Assembly: GCA_041396505.1 (NCBI GenBank)
Contig: JAWKYL010000007.1
Span: forward strand, 57,635-121,634
Reading direction: 5' to 3'
DNA length: 64,000 nt
Origin: Burkholderiaceae bacterium
GTDB lineage: Bacteria > Pseudomonadota > Gammaproteobacteria > Burkholderiales > Burkholderiaceae_C
The notes under the pieces: model-generated
The model's input: the letters and a program-made list of their open reading frames with translations, nothing else
What the model was told of the DNA's origin: nothing
Databases searched by the model: none
Program-made: the position numbers and the translations under genes
Shown: one piece after another, positions 55,754 to 64,000 of the stretch
How the letters are laid out: every line of letters begins with the position of its first letter
Position numbering within the stretch: position 1 is the first letter of the stretch

Positions 55754-56589
55754 TGACGGACGTCCCTGTTCCTGTCAATCCACTCAGGATCAAGCTGTCG
55801 CGGCGCGAACTTGCCACGTCCATGATCTTGCGCATGGCCCGAGGGCCGGAGATCGCAGGTATCGCCCAGGCAGCCGGTCTTGATGCCGCCTACATCGATA
55901 TGGAACACGGCTCGCTGTCCCTGGACATGGCTGCAGGACTTTGCCTGTGGTTGCGGCAGGCCGGTGTCGCTCCGCTCATTCGAGTTCCATCTGGTGACGC
56001 ATCAACGCTGGCCCGGGCGCTGGATGCCGGTGCGTTTGGCGTCATCGTGCCCCACGTTGAAACGGAAGCACAGGCACGATCGGTCACACGCGCGGTGCGG
56101 TTTCCCCCGGAAGGCACGCGATCCTGGTCCAGTGGGCAGCCATTGCTGGGCTACGGGCCCATGCCGGCTCACGTTGGCCAGGCGATATTGAATCGCGAAA
56201 TCCTGGTGGTTCTCATGGTGGAGAGCCGGTCTGCGCTTGATCAGATCGAGTCCATCGCATCCGTTGACGGTGTGGACCTGTTGCTGCTCGGGGTCGGTGA
56301 CCTGCTGACGGAGATGGGCGTGCCCGGCCAGTTCCGACATCCTGATCTCGAACGGTCCATTGACCGAGTGATCGCAGCCGGACGAGCCCATGGTGTACCG
56401 GTGGGACTGGGAGGCATGGCCCAGGACCCGGCGGCCATGCAAGCCTGGGTGCGGCGCGGAATTGGTTTTCTCTCGCTGGGCACGGATGCTGCCCTGCTGG
56501 TTGCCGGCGCGAAAAGCGCGGTACAGGCCGTGACAGGGCCGCCTCAAGAGCCAGGCGTGCGCGAATCGAACGCGCCCGGGAAGTCGTGA
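55753..56589 (+). CDS. HpcH/HpaI-family class II aldolase
   Basis: AAYIDMEHGSLSLD, LIRVPSGD...ARALDAGAFGVIVPHVET, and VVLMVESRSALDQIESIASVDGVDLLLLGVGDL. Confidence 0.8.
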   Translation: MTDVPVPVNPLRIKLSRRELATSMILRMARGPEIAGIAQAAGLDAAYIDMEHGSLSLDMAAGLCLWLRQAGVAPLIRVPSGDASTLARALDAGAFGVIVPHVETEAQARSVTRAVRFPPEGTRSWSSGQPLLGYGPMPAHVGQAILNREILVVLMVESRSALDQIESIASVDGVDLLLLGVGDLLTEMGVPGQFRHPDLERSIDRVIAAGRAHGVPVGLGGMAQDPAAMQAWVRRGIGFLSLGTDAALLVAGAKSAVQAVTGPPQEPGVRESNAPGKS

Positions 56590-57530
56590 CGCAAGCGCAC
56601 GTGCATCCGGGCAGTGAACAACATCTACACCACGCCACCATGAACGAAACACATCCTGAACGCACGCTCACGTACGCCCGCAATCCCAGTCGGCCGGTGT
56701 TGCAGCTGCCACCCGGGTCCTGCGATACGCATGTCCATGTGTTCGGGCCGGAGCGGACGTATCCATATGCGCCGGAGCGACACATCACGCCGGTGGACGC
56801 CCCTCGCGAAACCCTGTTCGAACTGCACCGGCACCTGGGGATCGAGCGTTGCGTCATTGTTCAGTCGGTGGTGCATGGCCGAGACAACCGTGTCGTTGAG
56901 GACGCCATTGCTGCGGGAAACGGGCGCTACCTGGGCGTCGCGCTTGTGGACGTTCAGGTTTCGGATGCCGAGCTTCGCCGCCTGGCTGGGGCCGGTATTC
57001 GTGGCGTCAGGTTCAATTTCATGAAGCATCTGGGTGGAGCGACCCAGCTTGAACCTGTTATTGCCCTGACCCGAAGACTCGCGGACGCAGGTATGCACCT
57101 GCAGGTGCATTTCGACAGCGCGTTGATCCACGAACTGGCGCGCCCACTGTCACAAAGTGCCGTACCTGTCGTGGTGGACCACATGGCTCGTGTCGATGCG
57201 GAACTGGGTATCGGGCACAAGGATTTCCAGGCATTTCTGCAGCTGATGACCAACCCTCGGTTTATGGTCAAGATCAGCGGCATCGACCGGATCGACGCCC
57301 ATGCCCGCCCCGAGAGCCGCTATGCGGCTGGCGAGGCCATTGCCCGAGAGCTTGTGCAGCGATTTCCACATCGCTGTCTATGGGGTACTGACTGGCCGCA
57401 TCCCAACCACACGCACATTCCCGATGACGGGGCGTTGGTCGATGCACTGGAGCGCATCATGCCGGATCGGGCGCACCTGATTCAGGTGCTCGTGGACAAC
57501 CCTCAGCGGTTCTACCGGTTCGAGGCCTGA
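56586..57530 (+). CDS. amidohydrolase_2-family lactonase/hydratase (LigI-like)
   Basis: CDTHVHVFGP, VVVDHMARVD, and WGTDWPHPNH. The start is either GTG at 56586 or ATG at 56640. Confidence 0.8.
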   Translation: MTQAHVHPGSEQHLHHATMNETHPERTLTYARNPSRPVLQLPPGSCDTHVHVFGPERTYPYAPERHITPVDAPRETLFELHRHLGIERCVIVQSVVHGRDNRVVEDAIAAGNGRYLGVALVDVQVSDAELRRLAGAGIRGVRFNFMKHLGGATQLEPVIALTRRLADAGMHLQVHFDSALIHELARPLSQSAVPVVVDHMARVDAELGIGHKDFQAFLQLMTNPRFMVKISGIDRIDAHARPESRYAAGEAIARELVQRFPHRCLWGTDWPHPNHTHIPDDGALVDALERIMPDRAHLIQVLVDNPQRFYRFEA

Positions 57531-57543
57531 CGACGGACGAGGA

Positions 57544-59502
57544 TCATGGCTGCGCCCCCGCATCCACTGGCGGCCAGGGCAGATCGCTGGCCTTGAGGGG
57601 TGTCCCGATGGGCGCCGTGGCTTCGCCCTTGCGGATGGCGGCCATGTCCTGAGGGTTGGGGTACTGGTCCATCAGCAGGTAGTCGAACACCCGACGCGCG
57701 ATAGGGGCCGCGTGGGCGGCGCCGAAACCGGCGTTCTCCACGATCAGGGCCAGCGCCACGGTCGGCTTGTCGACCGGCGCGAAAGCGGCGTAGAGCGAGT
57801 GGTCCCGCTGGTGTTCTTCCAGCTTCTTCGCGTCGTAGCGGTCCTTCTGCCCGATCGTCACGGCCTGGGCGGTGCCCGTCTTGCCACCACTGCTGTAACC
57901 GGCGTTGGCGAACACGCGGGTCGATGTGCCGTCTGTCGTCACGTCTGCCATGGCCCGCAGCACCGCCTGCACATTCTCCGGCTTGAAACCCAGGTCTTCG
58001 GCCTGTGGCGTCGACAGCGGTGTGCGCTCGTGCGTGATGACATTCTGGGTGGCCAGTGCCAGGTGCGGCGTGCGCTTGATGCCAGCGCTGACCAGGGTCG
58101 CCAGGGCGTGCGACAGCTGCAACATGGTGAAGTTGTTGTAGCCCTGACCGATGCCGAGCGAGACGGTTTCGCCCGCGTACCAGCGCTGCTGTTCGGGGCG
58201 TTTGTAGGTGTCGCGTTTCCATTGCTGGCTGGGCAGCACGCCGCGCACCTCGCCACGCAGGTCGATGCCGGTGATCTGCCCGAAACCCAGCGGCTTCATG
58301 AAGTCGTGGATCGCGTCCACCCCCATGTCGTTGGCCAGCGCGTAGTAGTACACGTTGCTGGACTTGACGATGCTCGTGTGCAGGTTGGTCGGCCCGGTGG
58401 CGTGGCCCCGAAAGCGGTGGTTGCCCAGCATCCAGTAGCCCGGATCGTTCACCACCATCTGCGGCGTGCGCTTGCCCGTCTCCAGTGCCGCCAGCGCCAT
58501 GAACGGCTTGTAGGTCGAGCCGGGCGGATAGGTGCCGCGCAGGGCCCGGTTGAGCAGCGGCTTGTCGATCGACTCGTTGAGCGCTTTCCAGCTGTCGACG
58601 TCGATACCCTCGACGAACAGGTTGGGATCGAAGGTCGGCTTGGAGACAAAGGCCAAAACTTCGCCATTGCGCGGATCGATGGCCACCAGCGCCCCGCGGC
58701 GGTCGCCGAACATGTCCTCCACCAGCTTCTGCAGGCGGATGTCGATCGTCAGCATCAGGGTGTCGCCCGGCACCGACGGCGTGCTGGCCAGCAGCCGCAC
58801 CGCGCGCCCCCCGGCCGAGGTCTCCACCCGTTCGAAGCCCGTGGTGCCGTGCAGCTGCTGCTCGAAACTCTGCTCGACGCCCAGCTTGCCGATATGGTCC
58901 GTGCCACGGTAGTTGGCCTGTTCTTCTTCGGGCCACTCGTCGATCGCTTCCTTCTCACGCTCGTTGATCCGGCCGATGTAGCCGACGACATGGCTGCCCG
59001 TTTCGCCGTTGGGGTAGTGGCGGATCAGGCGGGCACGCACATCGACCCCGGGAAAACGGTAGCGTTGTGCCGCGAAGCGGGCCACTTCGTCGTCCGTCAG
59101 GCGGGTGCGGATCGGCAACGAGTCGAAGCGGCGGGATTCTTCGCGCAGCTGCTTGAACCGCCGGCGATCCCTGGGCTGGATCTCCACGATCTCGCTGAGT
59201 GCGTCGATCGTGGCCTCCAGGTCGTCCACCCGCGTTGGCGTGATCTCCAGCGTGTAGGCCGAGAAGTTGGTGGCCAGCACGATGCCGTTGCGGTCGACGA
59301 TCTGTCCGCGGTTGGGGACCACCGGCAGCACGGCAGTCCGGTTGCTCTCGGCCTGCGCCATCAGGTCGTCGTGCTTGATCACCTGCAGGTAGACCATGCG
59401 CGCGACCAGCAATCCGAACGCGACCAGTACCGCCAGCGCGGCGACGATCACCCGCCACCGGAACCGGTCCAGGTCGGCTTCGACGTCCCGCAACTCTGTC
59501 AT
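57544..59502 (-). CDS. mrdA: penicillin-binding protein 2 (elongasome transpeptidase)
   Basis: FRWRVIVAALAVLVAFGLLVARMVYLQV, NRGQIVDRNGIVLATN, PPGSTYKP (SxxK), SSN, and KTGTAQ. Confidence 0.9.
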   Translation of the reverse strand: MTELRDVEADLDRFRWRVIVAALAVLVAFGLLVARMVYLQVIKHDDLMAQAESNRTAVLPVVPNRGQIVDRNGIVLATNFSAYTLEITPTRVDDLEATIDALSEIVEIQPRDRRRFKQLREESRRFDSLPIRTRLTDDEVARFAAQRYRFPGVDVRARLIRHYPNGETGSHVVGYIGRINEREKEAIDEWPEEEQANYRGTDHIGKLGVEQSFEQQLHGTTGFERVETSAGGRAVRLLASTPSVPGDTLMLTIDIRLQKLVEDMFGDRRGALVAIDPRNGEVLAFVSKPTFDPNLFVEGIDVDSWKALNESIDKPLLNRALRGTYPPGSTYKPFMALAALETGKRTPQMVVNDPGYWMLGNHRFRGHATGPTNLHTSIVKSSNVYYYALANDMGVDAIHDFMKPLGFGQITGIDLRGEVRGVLPSQQWKRDTYKRPEQQRWYAGETVSLGIGQGYNNFTMLQLSHALATLVSAGIKRTPHLALATQNVITHERTPLSTPQAEDLGFKPENVQAVLRAMADVTTDGTSTRVFANAGYSSGGKTGTAQAVTIGQKDRYDAKKLEEHQRDHSLYAAFAPVDKPTVALALIVENAGFGAAHAAPIARRVFDYLLMDQYPNPQDMAAIRKGEATAPIGTPLKASDLPWPPVDAGAQP

Positions 59503-59526
59503 AGGGATGTGGCCCCCACGCTCCAC

Positions 59527-59616
59527 CGCTGCGCGGGTCGCTGCCCCCCGGGGGGGCTCATCCGGCCTGGGGCGGCCCTGCGCCGGATCGCGTTGTGCTG
59601 CTCGGCGTGTCGCATG
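59527..59616. repeat. GC-rich REP-like palindromic element between mreD and mrdA
   Basis: gtcgctgccccccgggggggctcatccgg. The C7/G7 hairpin is related to 28701..28760. Confidence 0.35.
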
Positions 59617-60147
59617 TCAGAGCGGGCGATTGGCGTCGGGGTCGGGTGCCCGACGCTGGGGAGCCAGCAGCACCACACTCACCAGCGGCCAGAGCGCGGT
59701 CTCGATGAAAGGCGCCAGCGCAAAAGACCAGCCCGGAAAAGTGCCGCCCGAGGCCATGCGCACCACGAGCACGAGCACATGCGCGGCCAGGAACAGCGGA
59801 AACACCTGGATGGCCTGTGTCGGCACGGCGAACCAGAGCAGGCGCCGGTGCATGGCCACGGCGAAGAAGGCCATCACCGTGTAGGCCAGGGCGTGCTGGC
59901 CCAGCAGCGAGCCCTGGTGCACGTCCATCAGCAGGCCGAACGCGAAAGCCACGCCCACGCCGATGCGCAAGGGCTGGTGCACGCACCAGAACACCAGCGT
60001 GACCGCCAGCAGGTCGGGCACCCAGGCGGCGCGGCCCCACAGGCCCATGTTGACCAGCATGTTGACGGCCAGCGACACCACCAGGCTGGACCAGATGAAG
60101 ACCCGGTTGGCGGGCAGCAGCAGTTGCTGGCCGGGGCGCATGATCAT
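59617..60147 (-). CDS. mreD: rod shape-determining protein MreD
   Basis: A 176-aa polytopic membrane protein directly after mreC, with an ATGA-type overlap. It starts MIMRPGQQLLLPAN. Confidence 0.8.
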   Translation of the reverse strand: MIMRPGQQLLLPANRVFIWSSLVVSLAVNMLVNMGLWGRAAWVPDLLAVTLVFWCVHQPLRIGVGVAFAFGLLMDVHQGSLLGQHALAYTVMAFFAVAMHRRLLWFAVPTQAIQVFPLFLAAHVLVLVVRMASGGTFPGWSFALAPFIETALWPLVSVVLLAPQRRAPDPDANRPL

Positions 60148-61094
60148 GGCGCGCTCCCCGTGGTTCCGGCCGCCGCGCGTGGCAGCGTGCGCCGCTGGCG
60201 TGCCGGGGCCGGTTCGGGCTCGGGGGGCGGCGGCAACTGCAGGCCGGTCGGCGCCAGCACCAGCACATGCAAAGCCCCCGATACCCGGGCCAGCGGTTCG
60301 CACTGGACCCGGTTGAACGAGGTTTCGGCGCGCGATTCGATGTGGGTGACGCGCGCCACCGGCAGCCCTGGCGGATACACGCCGTCGATGCCGCTGGTGG
60401 TCAGCAGGTCACCTTCCTGGATGTCGGAACTGGCCAGCGTGTAGCGCAGTTCCAGGCCGTCGCCGTCGGATGAAGGCTGGCCGAAGGCCACGCTGCGCAC
60501 GCCGGTGCGCGCGTTGAGCACCGGAATCACCTGGTCGCGGTCGATCAGCAGGGTGACTTCGGAGATCAGGGGATAGACCCGCGTGATCTGGCCCAGCACA
60601 CCCGACTCGTCGATGACCGCCGAGCCCGGCACGATGCCGTGTGTCTGGCCGCGGTCGATGACCACGCGACGGGAGAAGGGGTCGGCGGTGTCGTAGAGCA
60701 CCTGGGCGCCGATGGCCGGGGTGGTGATGCGTTCGCGCATTGCCAGCAGGTCCCGCAGGTGCCGGTTCTCCAGCACCAGCTGTTCGAGCTGCAGGTGGCG
60801 TTCGGCCTGGTTGGCCAGGCGCCGCAGGGCATCGGCCTCGGTCTGCTGCGCCTTGTGCAGCGAGGTGAAGTAGCCACTGATGCCCATCACCGCCTGCACC
60901 GGCTGCATCACCGTCCACTGGATCGGGTACAGCGCCGTGGCAATGGCCGAACGCAGTGGCGTGGTCAGACCCAGGCGCAGGTCGGCCACCATGAAGAAGA
61001 CCGAGATGGCGGCAAACACCACCAGCTTGGACCGCGCCGACGGCCCTTGCCGGAAGAAGGGGGGAGGCGTGCGGTCCAGGGTGCCCAGTGGCAT
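60144..61094 (-). CDS. mreC: rod shape-determining protein MreC
   Basis: FFRQGPSARSKLVVFAAISVFFMVAD, a coiled-coil segment, GIVPGSAVIDESGVLGQITRVYP, and GDLLTTSGIDGVYPPGLPVA. Confidence 0.85.
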   Translation of the reverse strand: MPLGTLDRTPPPFFRQGPSARSKLVVFAAISVFFMVADLRLGLTTPLRSAIATALYPIQWTVMQPVQAVMGISGYFTSLHKAQQTEADALRRLANQAERHLQLEQLVLENRHLRDLLAMRERITTPAIGAQVLYDTADPFSRRVVIDRGQTHGIVPGSAVIDESGVLGQITRVYPLISEVTLLIDRDQVIPVLNARTGVRSVAFGQPSSDGDGLELRYTLASSDIQEGDLLTTSGIDGVYPPGLPVARVTHIESRAETSFNRVQCEPLARVSGALHVLVLAPTGLQLPPPPEPEPAPARQRRTLPRAAAGTTGSAP

Positions 61095-61128
61095 GGCGGG
61101 GTCGGGCGGGCCGGTGACCGGCGCGCGC

Positions 61129-62331
<1,203 letters not shown>

Positions 62332-62434
62332 TCAGACCCCGTCACGGGTCATTTTCTGCGCGTTACATGCCGTTTCAGGGCAGTTGAAGCCCGGACACGC
62401 GCATTTTCCGAACCTTTTCCTGTCGAGTTCACCC

Positions 62435-62734
62435 ATGTCCCTGACCCAGTCCGACATCGGACGCATCGCCCATCTGGCGCGTCTGGAGATGGCGCCGGCG
62501 CAGGCCGAGCGCATGCTGACCCAGCTCAACGGCTTCTTCGACATCGTCGAGCAGATGAAGGCCGTGGACACCACGGGCGTCGAGCCGCTGGCTCACCCCA
62601 CCGCCGTGATCGACCATGTCTCGCTGCGCCTGCGCCCCGACGTGGCCAGCGAGCCCGATAACCGCGAGGCCAACCAGCAAAGCGCGCCCGCCGTCGAGCG
62701 CGGCCTCTTCCTTGTGCCCAAGGTGATCGAATGA
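62435..62734 (+). CDS. gatC: Asp-tRNA(Asn)/Glu-tRNA(Gln) amidotransferase subunit C
   Basis: [19 protein letters not shown]...[23 protein letters not shown]. Confidence 0.9.
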   Translation: MSLTQSDIGRIAHLARLEMAPAQAERMLTQLNGFFDIVEQMKAVDTTGVEPLAHPTAVIDHVSLRLRPDVASEPDNREANQQSAPAVERGLFLVPKVIE

Positions 62735-64000
62735 GCGTGAACGACATCCACACGATGGGCGTGGCCGAACTGGCCACCGCCATCGCCGACAAGAAGACCT
62801 CCAGCGTGGAGGCCGCGCAGACCCTGCTGGCGCGCGCGAAACAGCACGACGGCCTGGGGGCCTACCTGTCTTTCAACGAAGACACCACCCTGGCCCAGGC
62901 CCGGGCCGCCGATGCACGCATCGCCGCCGGCGAGCGCGGCCCGCTGCTGGGTGTGCCGCTGGCGCACAAGGACATCTTCGTCACGAAGGACTTCCCCAGC
63001 ACCGCCGGCAGCAAGATGCTCGAAGGCTACAAGAGCCCGTTCGATGCCACCGTCGTGTCCCGCCTGGCCACCGCTGGCGCCGTGACCCTGGGCAAGCTCA
63101 ACTGCGACGAGTTCGCCATGGGCGGCAGCAACGAAAACTCCGCCTACGGCGTCGCCCGCAACCCCTGGGACACCGGGCGTGTGCCCGGCGGTTCCTCGGG
63201 CGGCTCGGCCGTGGCCGTGGCCGCGCGCCTGGCGCCGGCCGTCACCGGCACCGACACCGGTGGCTCCATCCGCCAGCCGGCCAGCTTCTGCAACGTCACC
63301 GGCATCAAGCCCACCTACGGCCGCTGTTCGCGCTACGGCATGATCGCCTTCGCGTCCAGCCTCGACCAGGCCGGCCCGATGGCGCGCAGTGCCGCGGACT
63401 GTGCCACGTTGCTGACCGCCATGGCCGGTCCCGACATCGACCGCGACTCCACCAGCCTGGACCACCCGGCCGAGGACTACACGCGGCTGCTCGGCCAGCC
63501 CCGCGAAGGCGCCACCGCAGCGCAGCCGCTCAAGGGGCTGCGCATCGGCCTGCCCACGGAGTTCTTCGGTGAAGGCTGCGCGCCCGACGTGATCGCCGCC
63601 GTGCGCGCCGCCCTGGCCGAATACGAGAAGCTCGGCGCCACCCTGGTCGACATTTCGTTGCCGCGCACCGAGCTGTCCATCCCGGTGTACTACATCATCG
63701 CGCCCGCCGAAGCCTCGTCCAACCTCAGCCGCTTTGACGGCGTGAAGTTCGGCCACCGCGCCGCGCAGTACGACGACCTGCTGGACATGTACAAGAAGTC
63801 GCGCAGCGAAGGCTTCGGCCCCGAGGTGCAGCGGCGCATCATGATCGGCACCTATGTGCTGAGCCACGGCTACTACGATGCCTACTACATCAAGGCCCAG
63901 CAGATCCGCCGCCTGATTGCGCAGGACTTCCAGAACGCCTTCGCCCAGTGCGACGTGATCGCCGGCCCCGCCGCGCCCACCACCGCCTGGAAGATCGGCG
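62731..64000 (+). CDS. gatA: Asp-tRNA(Asn)/Glu-tRNA(Gln) amidotransferase subunit A; partial, runs off the window
   Basis: Manual translation from the ATG at 62731, which overlaps the gatC stop as ATGA, gives [22 protein letters not shown]... and the amidase signature [13 protein letters not shown]...[13 protein letters not shown]. It is open to the window end, so it is absent from the ORF track. Confidence 0.9.
   Translation, partial: MSVNDIHTMGVAELATAIADKKTSSVEAAQTLLARAKQHDGLGAYLSFNEDTTLAQARAADARIAAGERGPLLGVPLAHKDIFVTKDFPSTAGSKMLEGYKSPFDATVVSRLATAGAVTLGKLNCDEFAMGGSNENSAYGVARNPWDTGRVPGGSSGGSAVAVAARLAPAVTGTDTGGSIRQPASFCNVTGIKPTYGRCSRYGMIAFASSLDQAGPMARSAADCATLLTAMAGPDIDRDSTSLDHPAEDYTRLLGQPREGATAAQPLKGLRIGLPTEFFGEGCAPDVIAAVRAALAEYEKLGATLVDISLPRTELSIPVYYIIAPAEASSNLSRFDGVKFGHRAAQYDDLLDMYKKSRSEGFGPEVQRRIMIGTYVLSHGYYDAYYIKAQQIRRLIAQDFQNAFAQCDVIAGPAAPTTAWKIG

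Overview
A 64-kb segment of a high-GC proteobacterial replicon. The gene content (Bug/TctC binding protein, hox/hyp nomenclature-type hydrogenase genes, mreBCD-mrdA, gatCA) looks betaproteobacterial or Burkholderiales-like, but that assignment is an inference. The centre of the window (about 23.6-50.0 kb) is one co-directional array of 27 genes encoding three different [NiFe]-hydrogenases. These are (1) an O2-tolerant-type membrane-bound uptake enzyme, hoxKG-hupE-hoxZMLOQRTV; (2) an NAD-reducing soluble enzyme, hoxFUYHW; and (3) a regulatory H2-sensing enzyme, hoxBC, with kinase hoxJ and activator hoxA. The array also carries a full maturation set, hypA-B-F(truncated)-C-D-E-X. Left of it lie cysK, a PepSY/two-component module, a thioesterase, an LMW phosphatase and ssb. 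ssb is flanked by two visibly AT-richer accessory islets, about 7.4-9.8 kb and 10.3-12.2 kb, containing orphan genes. Further right come LysR/GMC oxidoreductase, an OmpR/EnvZ-like pair, and a divergent norR / hmp-HPP(CBS) nitrosative-stress unit with a clear sigma-54 promoter. Right of the hydrogenase array are a TSUP permease, a LysR-controlled catabolic cluster of unknown substrate, mrdA-mreDCB and gatCA. No rRNA, tRNA, CRISPR array, transposase or integrase was recognised. The points most worth a second look are these. GC-rich REP/MITE-like elements have landed inside and at the end of hypD and are read as protein. HypB carries a His-rich tract inside its GTPase domain. The SH operon is nested between hoxA and hoxBCJ through a chain of ATGA overlaps. 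Two frame breaks fall exactly at G-homopolymers. One islet holds a convergent pair of orphan paralogues, and the other an atypical DUF4258-like two-gene module. A perfect 10 x 9-bp coding tandem repeat sits in a PepSY gene. An orphan intrinsic terminator suggests an sRNA. Start codons were chosen by homology and Shine-Dalgarno inspection, and nothing here was checked against a database.
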